64,000 nt of DNA, taken from Felis catus. Lineage: Eukaryota. Positions 27,752-39,438 of this stretch are shown piece after piece. Position numbers and translations under genes: made by a program. Under the pieces are notes generated by a model. The model was not told the DNA's origin. It made no database searches and was given only the letters and a program-made list of their open reading frames with translations. Where the stretch lies: positions 20,276,001-20,340,000 of the forward strand of contig NC_058369.1 of the NCBI RefSeq assembly GCF_018350175.1, written 5' to 3'. Position 1 is the first letter of the stretch, and every line of letters starts with the position of its first letter.

Positions 27752-29694
27752 AAAGTTCAACATAGAATTACCATATGATCCAGCAATTCCACACTAAGGT
27801 TATATGCACAAAAGAACTGAAAAAGATACTCAAAGAAGTATTTGTACACAAATGTTCGAAGTTAGCATATTCACAATAGCCAAAAGGTGGAAACAATAGC
27901 CAAAAGATGTTTATCGAAAAATGAGTGGATAAACACAATGTGGTTACATTTATACAATGCAATATTACTCAGCCACAGAAAGAAATGAAGTACTGATATA
28001 TGTTAGAGCTGTGAAAGAAAACTGAAAATATTCAGGGCACCTGAGTGGCTCAGTGGGTTAAGCAACCAACTCTTGATTTCAGTTCAGGTTATGATCTCAC
28101 AGTTCATGTGATCGAGCCCTGCGTCAGGCTCCACGCTGATGGTGTGGAGCCTGTTTGGGATTTGGGGATTTCTCGCTCTCTCTCTCCATCCTCCTTCCAA
28201 ATAAATAAGTAAATCTTTTAAAAAAAAATTGAAAATACACTAAGTGAAAGAAGCCAGACACAAAAGGTTATATATTTTATGATTCTATTTACACAAAACA
28301 TCCAGAATAGGTAAATTTATCAGAAACTTGCCTACTGGTTGCCAGGGGCTTGGGATTGGGGGAACATATGGAGTACTGTCTAATGGAAATGGGGTGACGA
28401 AAACATCTTGAAACTAAAAGACATTGTAATGGTTGCATACAACATTGTTAGTCTACTAAATACCACTGAATTGAACGCTATAAAATGGTCAGTGGTCAAT
28501 TTATGGTATGTGAATTTGACCACAAGTTTTTTTAAGTGGGAAAAAAATCAGGAGGAAATGCCTCTTGGATAACTTAAGAGATCAACATAGAACATATAAA
28601 GGCAAACATGTTTAATAAAGGTTAACTCAAGGGGCACCTGGGTGGCTCAGTCGTTAAGCCTCTGGCTTCGGCTCAGGTCATGATCTTGTGGTTCAAGAGT
28701 TCGAGCCCCACATCAGGCTGTCTACTCTCAACACAGAACCCCACTTCAGATCCTCTGTCTCCCTCCTTCTCTGCCCTTCCCTGCCTCGCACTCAATCTCC
28801 TCTCTTAAAAATAAACATTTAAAAAAAAAATTAAACTAATGGGGGGCCTGGGTGGCTCCGTCAGTTGGGGGTCCAACTTCAGCTCAGGTCATGATCTCAC
28901 AGCTCGCGAGTTGGAGCCCCACATCAGGCACTGTGCTGACAGCTCGGAGCCTGGAGCCTGCTTAGGATTGTGTCTCCCTTTCTACCCCTCCTCCACTCAC
29001 ACTGTCGCTTCTTCAAAAATAAATAAACATTTAAAAATTTTTTAAAAAATAAAAAGTTTAAGAAGAAAAAGGTAAAATCAAGGGCACTGAAATACTAAAA
29101 TTTTAGAGTTCAATTTAGAAACACATATATTCTTTTGGCATCATTTTCAAAACTTCCATTTAATTATGTTTATGAATAACTGTAATTTGGGGAATAACTG
29201 TCACTTGCCCAGGCAAAACTTAAACTTGTAATTGACTAAATTAATATTGGGGTGCCTAGGTGGCTCAGTTGATTGTATGCCCAACTTTGGCTCAAGCCAT
29301 GATCTCACAGTTGGGTGAGTTCGAGCCCCGCATAGGGCTCTGCGTTGACAGCCTGAGATCTACTTTGGATTCTGTCTCCCTATCTCTGCCCTTCCCCCGC
29401 CTCTCAAAAATAAATAAGCATTAAAAATAATTTTTGAAAATATCAATGATAATTTACTTTATTATCAATGAAAGACCATTAATATAAAATGTTAAAGGTG
29501 CAGTCATCTTGTTATGCACAGGACAGTGAAGGTACATTACTCAATTCACCACGTTTTAAAGTGAGCTCTTTAAGTGGTACACAGAATTTATGGCCTATCC
29601 AATAGTGACACAATAGCTACCAATTACTGAATATTAATATGGGACAGACATTTGGTAATTTCTAATGTTATTCTGAATTTTCACAACAACCCTA

Positions 29695-29738
<44 letters not shown>

Positions 29739-30783
29739 GATAATAAAAGGGGCTCAGAGAAGTCCCAACGACCAATCAATTGGTACTTTGGTAGAAAAGG
29801 ATTTCAAGCATTCATATGCCAACTCTGCAAATATACCCGTGAGACCTTGGGTCAAGTTATTTAACTTCTCCAAATATCAATGTCCTTATCTGTGAAGTGG
29901 AAGTGGTTGTTCTGAAGGCTAAATGGTAATACTGTCCATGCAATGAAATAAAGGCCCACAAAAAATATGCGGAATGTCCTAAACCTAAAGGTTGCCTGCT
30001 ATTTAGAGATGATGTGTCTGCAACTAACTTCCAAATGGTTCCACAAAATAAGAAATATACACCCCACCTATAGAGAAAATATAACAAGATATTAACAATC
30101 ATTGAATCAGAATGGATAAACAATCGTTTAAAATTTTCCATAAAAGTTGAAAAAAGGGGCGCCTGGGTGGCTCAGTCGGTTAAGCATCCAACTTCGGCTC
30201 AAGTCATGATCTTACAGCTCGTGAGTTCGAGCCCCGCATCGGGCTCTGTGCTGACAGCTCAAAGCCTGGAGCCTGCTTCTGCTTCTGTGTCTCCCTCTCT
30301 CTCTGCCCCTAACCCACTCGCATTCTGTCTCTGTCTCTCTCAAAAATGAATAAACATTAAAAAAAATTTTTTTTAAGTTGAGAAAAATAAGAAGCATTTC
30401 CTTTACTAATTTGAACCAACTCTTAAGTATGTGTCAAATGAGAAAAGCAAAGTGTGTGTGTGTGTGTACACACTCATGTACACGCACCTTACCCTGGAAT
30501 AAAAGATCTCTGGAAAAACACACAAGCACCAGATAATATCTACTACTTTTGTGAAGGTAACAAATTTTCTGAGAGATAATGAAAGGAAAAACATTTTTCA
30601 GTATAGGTTGTTAACCTAGCTCTACCATTTTTCCACTATTTTGTAACCTTTTGTAATTTTTTAAATCATAAAATCTGTCCTCCCCAAATACACAATACTT
30701 AATGGCCTACCTGGCAGAAACTATACCAAAGCCTAAAATAAAGTCCATGTTAAGGACAGATCTTGTAAGGCTAAAATCGTGAA

Positions 30784-31013
30784 GGGGCGCCTGGGTGGCG
30801 CAGTCGGTTAAGCGTCCGACTTCAGCCAGGTCACGATCTTGCGGTCCGTGAGTTCGAGCCCCGCGTCGGGCTCTGGGCTGATGGCTCAGAGCCTGGAGCC
30901 TGTTTCCGATTCTGTGTCTCCCTCTCTCTCTGCCCCTCCCCCGTTCATGCTCTGTCTCTCTCTGTCCCAAAAATAAATAAATGTTGAAAAAAATAAAAAA
31001 ATAAAAAAATAAA
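30784..31013 (+). mobile_element. Young felid Can-SINE
   Basis: TSD taaaatcgtgaa at 30772-30783 and 31014-31025. Confidence 0.95.
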
Positions 31014-31809
31014 TAAAATCGTGAAACAAATGTCTCAAAGCATTCTTATTTTTTAAATAAAGTTTGAAGATTCAAGTAAAATTTACCCAATAATAAGGAT
31101 GACAAGATCACATATAACAATTTTCTATTCGGCGTCCATAACAATGACAAAATTAACATAAGGAAATTGATAATAAACCCAACTTCATTCACTCCAAACT
31201 ATCTTGTGGTTCATTCTACCAGTTTCTTCCTCTACTAAATTTAACTGTACAACAGAACACTGCACTCAGCAACTACTCAAGGGATTTTGAGCATAAAATT
31301 ACGTCCTTTATATTCCCCAATTTCTGTATTATCTCAACATCCAAAAATGTTATCACCACTCAAATAGATAATACTGCTATGTACAAAAATCTTGACAGCA
31401 TCAAGAAAAAAAATACGAAATCAATTCCTAAAGAGTCTTAATATACAAGCTTTTATAAACCTTAAAGGTAAAGTTCAGTACACCGGAAAAAGAAAATTAC
31501 AGGACATTGCCAATGAACTCCTCGCTCTGTACATTAACAAAGCGTTTAGAACAGGAAGATGATGCTAATAATTAAACGTGTATACTAATTAAAAGGCTTC
31601 GCTGAAAAGACTGAGTAAAGAAAAACTAAGGCCAATGTGACATGGACAAAGACGATTCATTTGGGACTCAAAAAGAACCATTACCCACACTCCAAAATTA
31701 TTCTTCAAATTCGAAACCCAAGAGCTAGCACTACAGTAAGAGGAAGTGAGACGGAAACCGTCTAGGAAGAGAAGAGTTGAGCAAATGCCTGTCACCCTAG
31801 TTGAAAACG

Positions 31810-32940
31810 ACTATAACCCCCGGAAATAGGCTCCCGGGAAGCTAGGCGGGCACTCCGAGGTTTGGTTCCCCGCAGTAGGACCCACACACCTCTCCCTCCA
31901 TCCCTCCCCTCCACCATAGGGGTGGGAGGAGTGCCCGGAAAGCTCCGCCCCCCCTCGCCCGGTCAGAGAGCCGGGCGGGTGCAAAGGGAGGTGGCACGAG
32001 GCCGAGGGAGGGGAGAGCCCGCCCAGGTGACTGGAGCTGGAGGCGGAGACACAGCCAGGGAAGGGGGCCGCCGTACGGCAAGGAAGATGGAGCCCCCCAG
32101 CCCGTACGGAACGGAAAATGGGAAGACTAAGAAGAAAAAGGTTAATGAGGGGAAGGGGAGGCACCCCTCCTCCAGGCAGGGGCAAGCACACCCCTGCCCC
32201 CCACTCCGGGCGGAAGAGTTACTCTCGGGAAGCTTCTTTTGCGGACTGAGAGAAGAACGTGGAGGCCCCGCCCCCGAGCCAAGAATCTGAAGAAGGAAAA
32301 GTCCTGTCAGGCCCCAGACCCAGCCTCCCCGGCGGCCCGGCCCGCCCCCTCCTCGCCGGCGGCCCAGGCAGGTGCCGCCCCTCCCCCAGGCCGGCGCCCA
32401 CTCTCCCTCCCGCCTTGACCACGCGCCCTGTCTCCTCTCGGCCCTCCCAGAGATCCGTCTCCCTCCTTCCCCCACTCACCTTCCCGGGCGGCTCCGCCGC
32501 TCCCCCCTGACCCCGCCAGCGGCCACAGTTCACACACACCGCCTCAGGTCCCGCACTCACTCTCCCTCACTCACACACAGCGCGACCACAGCTCCAGAGC
32601 GGCCCACATATTATGCGTCACTCGCGCGCTACGTGCCGCGCGCGCGCGCGCGTTCCGACTTGGCGCGAGGCTCGCTGGAAGGGGGCGGAAGGAAAACGCC
32701 AGCGCGAGGGAAGAAAAATCGAAGAGCCCGGGGCCGCCTGGGAAATGAAGTTCCTCTTCTAGGGGCGGGGCCCATCAGTCTTGATTGGCGCTTGAGTCCT
32801 TACTCCCGGCGCATTGACTTCTGGGGTTTATAGTTTTTCCGCCTGGATGCGAACTACTGTGTACTCATTGGCTGCTTCGGAAGGCGGAAGCGCATAGTGA
32901 GGCACCAGATCCACACAAGCTGGCGTACGCTACGACCGCT
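31810..32940. promoter_or_regulatory. CpG-island promoter of DCAF1
   Basis: Abrupt GC- and CpG-rich block with a (CG)n run at about 32638-32652, GC box GGGGCGGG at about 32762, ATTGG (CCAAT) at about 32784 and 32866, CGGAAG ETS cores, and ACTAYRnnnCCCR (ZNF143/THAP11-type) motifs at 31810-31822 (+) and 32822-32834 (-). Confidence 0.9.
32480..32600 (-). other. DCAF1: Probable non-coding first exon of DCAF1 (5' end approximate)
   Basis: Lies inside the CpG island and ends at a consensus donor GGAAG|gtgagt (intron begins 32479). The TSS is not directly visible. Confidence 0.7.
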
Positions 32941-34175
32941 TGACACCTTCTCAGTAACCTTATTCTGCCTTGTGTGACTGGAGTGAGCTTCTGTTTTAGT
33001 CTCTAATTTGCCCTATTATACCTAGAGTATACCATTATCTAGGAAAATATTTCCTACAAGCTTATCAGAAAGCACAGCATTCATGAAACAGAAGACACTG
33101 GTTTTGTCTTCCTTTCTGTTCAAGACTTAACCTGTGGGATCAGTATTTATCCTAGGTGTCATATGAGGCAGAGAAAAGGAAAAAATTAAAAGGCCATAGA
33201 TTAAGGCAGGGTCATCTAATTTAATTCCTTTATTTTGCAGCTGGGAAAAGTAAGGCCCAGAGAGAGTGAAATGACTTACCTAGCATCCCACACCCAATTA
33301 GCAATGGGACCAGAACGATTCTTGCCTCTGACTCAGGTATCCCTTTTTAGGGATATGAAAAATATGTGATTCCACAGCTGAGCAAAATCTCTCCCTGATA
33401 AGACCCTACCCAGCTTTTCTCTCTCCAGGAGAACTGAACAAGTTTTTATGCATTTCTATGCAGTCCTCACAGCCAACACTTTCACAGGGGGATCAGGAAC
33501 CCAGCAAACCTGCCTGCTGCTATACTCAGGTTCCACAACTAGTAAGAAGCTGACCAGAGCCTGGATGCTGGATCTCTTGATTCCATTCCCCTTTTTCCAG
33601 AAAAGAGACCTCCCTCCTCATTTAACTATGTAACTTGGAGCAGCTGTTCAGACACAAAATTCTAGACTGTGGGGTGGCAGAGCCAGACTTGTCACCTCTA
33701 TGCAACCCTTTTACCTGCAATGACGGCACAGCTCACTTCTTTGTGCTTTTGGAACTTTGCCTATGTTAGTAATGGCCACTACCATTTCCTTTGACTTTAC
33801 AGCAGGCTCAGTTCTGAGCCAGTGTTTAACCCACACTTTTTCATTTAACCTTCACTACTACCCCACAGGGTAGATACAGTTAGCCATCTATACAGATGAG
33901 AAATCTGAGCCCAGAGAAGTGGCCCAAGGAACGGGGATCAGATTTGTGGGTCCAGAGGCTGCACTCACAGTTTTCCTATACCTATCCTCCAGCACTCCTT
34001 GAGCTGACTTCCTTACTGTGCCTCCCTGAGCCACAAAACCAAAATGCATGAGGTTAGCGCATTTAAGCCTTAGATACCGTCCCTCTGTCCCTCTGTGTCT
34101 AGGTAACACAGCTGTGATTTCCCCACTGGCTGGGAACCTGAAAGAGCCCTTGTGGGAACCCAGGGTCCCACTCAC

Positions 34176-35757
34176 CTGCTCCTGGTGCAGCCTCAGTCTG
34201 CCACCAGATGGCACTGCTCCCCTTCAGAAACTCAGAATGGGGCTCTGGGTCAATGATGGGCTTGAAGAGCATCACAGAGGGACTTTGGAAAAGCCAGGAC
34301 CTGGCAGAAAAACAGACACATAGACCAATGGAATAGAATAGAGACTCCAGAATTGAACCCACAAAAGTATGGCCAACTAATATTTGACAAAGCAGGAAAA
34401 AATATCCAATGGAAAAAAGACAGTCTCTTTAACAAATGGTGCTGGGAGAACTGGGCAGCAACATGCAGAAGAATGAAACTAGACCATTTTCTTACACCAT
34501 TCACAAAAATAAACTCAAAATGGATAAAGGACCTAAATGTGAGACAGGAAACCATCAAAACCCTAAAGGAGAAAGCAGGAAAAAGCCTCTCTGACCTCAG
34601 CCACAGCAATTTCTTTCTTACTCGACACATCTCCAAAGGCAAGAGAATTAAAAGCAAAAATGAACTACTGGGACCTCATGAAATAAAAAGCTTCTGCAAA
34701 GCAAAGGAAACAATCAGCAAAACTAAAAGGCAACCAACAGAATGGGAAAAGATATTTGCAAGTGACATATCGGACAAAGGGCTAGTATCCAAAATCTATA
34801 AAGAACTCACCAAACTCCACACCCGAAAAACAAATAATCCAGTGAAGAAATGGGCAGAGAACATGAATAGACACTTCTCTAAAGAAGACATCCAGATGGC
34901 CAACAGGCACATGAGAAGATGCTCAACGTCACTCCTCATCAGGGAAATAAATACAAGTCAAAACCACACTGAGATACCACCTCACGCCAGTAAGAGTAGC
35001 TAAAATGAACAAATCAGGAGACTATAGATGCTGGAGAGGATGTGGAGAAACGGGAACCCTCTTGCACTGCTGGTGGGAATGCAAACTGGTGCAGCTGCTC
35101 TGGAAAACAGCATGGAGGTTCCTCAAAAAATTAAAAATAGAACTACCCTATGACCCAGAGATAGCACTGCTAGGAATTTACCCAAGGGATACAGGAGTGC
35201 TGATGCATAGGGGCACTTGGACCCCAATGTTTATAGCAGCACTTTCAACAATAGCCAAATTATGGAAAGAGCCTAAATGTCCATCAACTGATGAATGGAT
35301 AAAGAAATTGTGGTTTATATACACAATGGAGTACTACTTGGCAATGAGAAAGAATGAAATATGGCCTTTTGTAGCAATGTGGATGGAACTGGAGAGTGTT
35401 ATGCTAAGTGAAATAAGTCATACAGAGAAAGACAGATACCATATGTTTTCACTCTTATGTGGATCCTGAGAAACTTACCAGAAGACCATGGGGGAGGGGG
35501 AGGAAAAAAAAGTTAGAGAGGGAGAGAGCCAGACCATAAGAGGCTCTTAAAAACTGAGAATAAACTGAAGGTTGATGGGGGGGTGGGAGGGAGGGGGGTA
35601 GGTGATGGGCATTGAGGAGGGCACCTGTTGGAATGAGCACTGGGTGTTGTATGAAACCAATTTGACAATAAATTTCATCTTAAAAAATTTTTGTAATTAA
35701 AAATAGGGAAAGCCAGGACCAGGAGGCTGGAGAAGCAGAGCAGGAGCTATACATGGC
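34176..35757 (-). pseudogene. Candidate pseudo-exon split by the L1 insertion
   Basis: ctctacag|GCC...GCA G|gtgagt. With the L1 and one TSD removed it is 163 nt and open: [54 protein letters not shown]. Confidence 0.45.
34302..35705 (+). mobile_element. 5'-truncated young felid LINE-1 (ORF2 C-terminus, 3'UTR, A-tail)
   Basis: ORFs 34353-35003 and 35005-35469 give L1 ORF2 motifs ([30 protein letters not shown]) with frameshifts; G-rich 3'UTR and AATAAA; TSD aaagccaggacc at 34290-34301 and 35709-35720. Confidence 0.95.
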
Positions 35758-36065
35758 CTGTAGAGTGGTCCTCTCTAGAACCTTTGCTCCACAATGCCTG
35801 CAGCCTCCCTACCCCTGCCAACACACACACAGCCACACAATTGATGGCACTCCCAGACTGCCAGTCTGGGAAGGGGAGGAGACGGCACCCTTGTTTCCAG
35901 GCTGCAGATGCATTCCAAGCATATTCACTGATACATCACAGCACAGGAACGTGTGCCAGATACACAAGCATGCACACCTGTGCATTGGCACCAGGCCTCA
36001 CAGACAACATTTTGACATCTAAGCACATACAAGCATAAATCCACAGATAGTCCAGGCCCACACAC

Positions 36066-36627
36066 CTGGTTTGGTCCGGCACATTGTCCATGAATCACTG
36101 GAAAGAGATTCCTTGGCCTCTTTGGAAGAACATCTCTGGACTGTCCTCCTCTGCTCTGCCTGTGCTGAACCCCTCCCTATGGTATGCCTCAGAAACAGCA
36201 GGCACCATCCAAAAGTCATGCTTACAGGGCTGCCTGGTGGCATATAAAGAGCAAGAGCAGCCCATCCCTGGCCCCAACACCAAGGGCTACAGAGTTGGAT
36301 ATGTTCTACCTGCCCTTACCCCTAAGCATGCCCATGTACTGAAGTAGGAAAATCAATAGCACCAAGTCCTCTGGGCCTCAGGATGTTCCACCCCTCTCTG
36401 CCACCCCTTCTTTCCAGTCACCTACTTCCAGGCTCACCAGATCCGGGTGTTCTCACCAGCGCATTCCCACACTGGTGCCCACAGTTCCTGGGCCTCTTCC
36501 TATAACTCCTTGGGACCAGAAGATCAGGCCAGCTATCCCACATCAACCCCCGCTCCACTGTTGGCTGAACAAGACTGCTTCCGCAAGTGTCCAAGTGCCA
36601 CAGGAGCCACCATGGAGTAGCTTAGGG
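36066..36627 (-). pseudogene. Two candidate pseudo-exons (36438-36627 and 36066-36286)
   Basis: cctcacag|...TG|gtgagc (190 nt) and ctctgtag|...CCA G|gtgtgt (221 nt, open in the phase 2 to 1 frame); frame assignment is uncertain. Confidence 0.35.
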
Positions 36628-38344
36628 CTGTGAGGCTCTGAGGGCCCCAGTCTGGACAAAGAGGGAATTCCAGTCATTCATTTGGTGCCCTCCTCCTGCC
36701 TGGGAACCTTGGCAGCCCCCTAGGAAAATAGAGCACTTACCACCATTGCCCATGAGGTGTGCAAAAAACCACTCCTATATGACAGCATCCACATCCACCA
36801 CTCTTGTTTTGCAGAGGGAGAAAATGAGACTCCACAGAGTTTGAGCCCCACCTTGTCCAGTGGCCACAGTAGCTGTGGTCTCCAGAAGTCAGTCTGTGCC
36901 TCCTATTCCCACAGGTTCAACTTCATAGAGGGGCCTGAGGCTCAAGTAGGAAATGAAGCAGACCATCCCCCCCAATCCTCCCCCCCCCCCAGCTCCCACC
37001 TACCAGGGTCTCAACAAGACTGAAGAGCCTCCGGAAGAGCCCCATGCAATCTTTAGGACATACTTGTATTTTTTTATATATTTTTCATCTGAAATTAAAA
37101 GTGAGCTGGTCATCCTGGGGCACCTGGGTGGCTCAGTAGGTACGGCATCTGACTCTTGATTTTGGCTTATGTCATGATCTCACGGTTCATGGGACTGAGC
37201 CCCGTGTCAGGCTCTGCACTGACAGTGTGCAGCCTGCTTGGGATTTTCTCTCTCCTTCTCTCTCTGCCTCTCTCGCAAGCATTCTCTTACTCTCTTATCA
37301 AAATAAACAAATAAACATTTTTAAAAAGTGACCTGGTCATCTTATATTTTATCTGGCAACACCACCTCAGAACCACTGCTCAGCCCTGGACCCCAAGGAC
37401 TCCCTGCATGTGGTCCCCAGAGCCTCTCTTAAATCATCTGCAAAATAGTTAGAAGCAAGTAAGAACAGCTGCCTCCCAAAGGGTTTCATTAGACAGGCAA
37501 AGCAGTCAAGCCTCCTTTAGCCACAAGCTGATGATGTGAGTGCTATTAGGCTCAAATTCTTCCCATCTACCCTTCTCTCTTTAACCCCTTTGGTTGTGGT
37601 CAAGAATAAGAAAATAGTTTTTCCTCTTTACTGGGAAGAGTTTGCAGATGGAGATGGGTCAGCAGTGGAGTCCAGCCTGGGAAGAAAATAGACCTGCATC
37701 CTAATACTGGTGCTCCCATTTACCAGCTGTGGAACCTTGGCCTAATCACTCCGCCTCCCGAGCTTCAGTTTCTTTTGCTGGAAAGTAGAAATAACATCTT
37801 CTTTCTAGCATTGAGGATTAAATGTGATAATGCATGTAAAATACTCGGCTTGAGGCCTACCACACAGTAAGTGTTAGAGAAGTGATGACTATTCCTATTT
37901 TGATTATTCTTGGTCTAATGCTGTCCCTGTTTAAGTTCTTCAGCTGGTTTCTCTTTGCCCCCAGGACTAGCTGCTGGCAGAGCTCAGGTTTTCCTCATTT
38001 AAATGAGAAATGAGCTCCTCACCAGAAAAAAATCCTGGGGCATATTTTCAAAAGTGCTGGGAAGTAGCAGAAGAACCACCCTGGGGGAGATCACCTGTCC
38101 ACCTCTCTGTCCCACCCCAAAACTGAAAATTGCATGGGTCAGAGGGTGGTTTAAGAAGATCTGTTCCTAGGCCTCCAGATGCTTTAAGAGCTTTAAGAGC
38201 TACCACTGATCAAACGTGAAAGTAGTCAAGGCCAAGGAGCCCCTTAGATGTAAAGCCAGACATGTCACCTTCCCAAACCAGCCTATCCACCCTGCCTAGC
38301 TGCTGGGATAAAGCCTGTATCTAGAATCCTTGCCCAGAGCACAC

Positions 38345-38808
38345 TTGCTTCTTTCTCTGGATCCTCTGGCAGGATGGTGATGTCACAAAGTAGAGGGCAG
38401 AGGGGGTGGCCATAGATATACCCTGGGCTACCCTCACAGTGAACCTGCCCATCACAAACAAGGGCTGCAGCATGAAGAGGGCCAACCCTCTGCCTTTCAG
38501 GTACCTGCACTACCTATCAGATGACAGCCTGGCTGCCAGTTAGCATCCCTGCTGACCCCTGTGGCCTGCCCTTTCCAGAGACTATGCTCCAGGTAAGAGG
38601 GTGAGGAACAGGTGCAAGGAAGGTAAAGAGAAAGCACCCCCAGCCTCTTTTGCCTCACGTTCCTGGAATCATAAGTTCTTCCAGGAGAAACAACAGTGGA
38701 GTCAGAATTGGAGAGAAAAGACCTTGGATTTTTGACAATACCTGTTTGTGGCCATGAAACCTTTCTATAGAATTCAGGGATCTCAGTCCTGACCTATTTG
38801 AAGGTACT
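38345..38808 (-). pseudogene. Two further candidate pseudo-exons (38659-38808 and about 38345-38513); frames ambiguous
   Basis: gtggtctccag|...AAC|gtgagg (150 nt, one frame fully open), and ctgatag| or gtgcag| ... followed by gcaagt or gtgtgc (two open frames, e.g. AAALVCDGQVHCEGSPGYIYGHPLCPLLCDITILPEDPEKE or YLKGRGLALFMLQPLFVMGRFTV). Confidence 0.35.
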
Positions 38809-39132
38809 CTGGAGACCACAGGGGCAGACCCTGATGAAGACTCAGGTCACATAAAACATCTATCAGTCTTTTTACTTTGAAAAGCCTAGAGAAGATTAGC
38901 TTTGTGTAATGGAAGGAGGCTCATCTGACTTCCCATTCAGAGGCCAGAGGTCCACCGTCACCACCACCACTTGAAGTAACCACCACCTCCTGCCCCTCCC
39001 TAAACCTTGCTGCAATGGGCCTGGACCTCTGAGACATATTGCCAGGGTAGCCAGGAATATCCAGTTAGGTCTGGGAGTTGAAGTCATTAAGGAAAGGTGT
39101 TTCTAAGTGTAGAAGATGTCCTGGGCTCTTAC

Positions 39133-39438
39133 CATGAGGCAGTTCCTCTCCATTCCCTCAGAGGTGGGGGTGTCTCTCCATGAAAAGTCACATGGTGTTT
39201 CTGGGGGGAGCCCCTCTGTCTAGCTCCTGCTTCATCTGGTCCAAACTTGTCACAAGATGGCCTTTTGTGAAGTCACAAAGCTGGCTGCCTCCCCACAGGA
39301 CCAGGGACCAGGACAACCAGGGATTAGTGGGAATTACTTGGGGGTATGGAGGGCTTCAGAAGTGGCCTTTGGACTCTGAGGGAGGTGGGGGGTCTGGAGG
39401 GGCTCGGGTTGTAAAGCATGAGGGGGTCAGTCGGAGAC
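39133..39438 (-). pseudogene. Pseudo-exon H
   Basis: ttgttctcatccccag|GT...CAT G|gtaaga; 306 nt, LRLTPSCFTTRAPPDPPPP...TSLDQMKQELDRGAPPRNTM*LFMERHPHL*GNGEELPH; three stops, all TGA; phase 1 to 1. Confidence 0.6.

Larger units (their letters stand above)
24564..28530 (+). mobile_element. Old L1 (L1M-type) ORF2 RT region through 3'UTR, interrupted by several SINEs and a (CAA)n repeat
   Basis: ORF remnants LANLFHEASITLMPKP..INTDAKTLNKILAS and VLARAVKQEKERKSIQVGKEVKLSL; 3'UTR aagtgaaagaagccagacacaaaagg. Confidence 0.85.
76..30375. mobile_element. Dozens of older Can-SINEs dispersed through DCAF1 introns (collective entry; e.g. about 657-855, 1570-1800, 2528-2983, 3352-3580, 7808-8537, 11062-11497, 22706-22924, 28631-29070, 30156-30375)
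   Basis: Recurring ggggc(a/g)cctgggtggctcagt...tcaggtcatgatctc...(ct)n..aataaa. These produce most short ORFs in the track (MAQSVK..., AQVMIS...). Confidence 0.9.

Noticed and set aside
31811..32833. Overlapping 80-170 aa G/P/R-rich ORFs
   Set aside because: Stop-poor CpG-island sequence, open on both strands, with no recognisable protein.
34353..35469. 216 aa and 154 aa ORFs as a host gene or active L1
   Set aside because: Frameshifted, 5'-truncated L1 ORF2 lacking the EN and RT domains.
38501..38592. Plus-strand exon-like segment (cctttcag|...CCAG|gtaaga)
   Set aside because: Isolated, with no compatible plus-strand partners found. It may belong to an antisense lncRNA but is unsupported.
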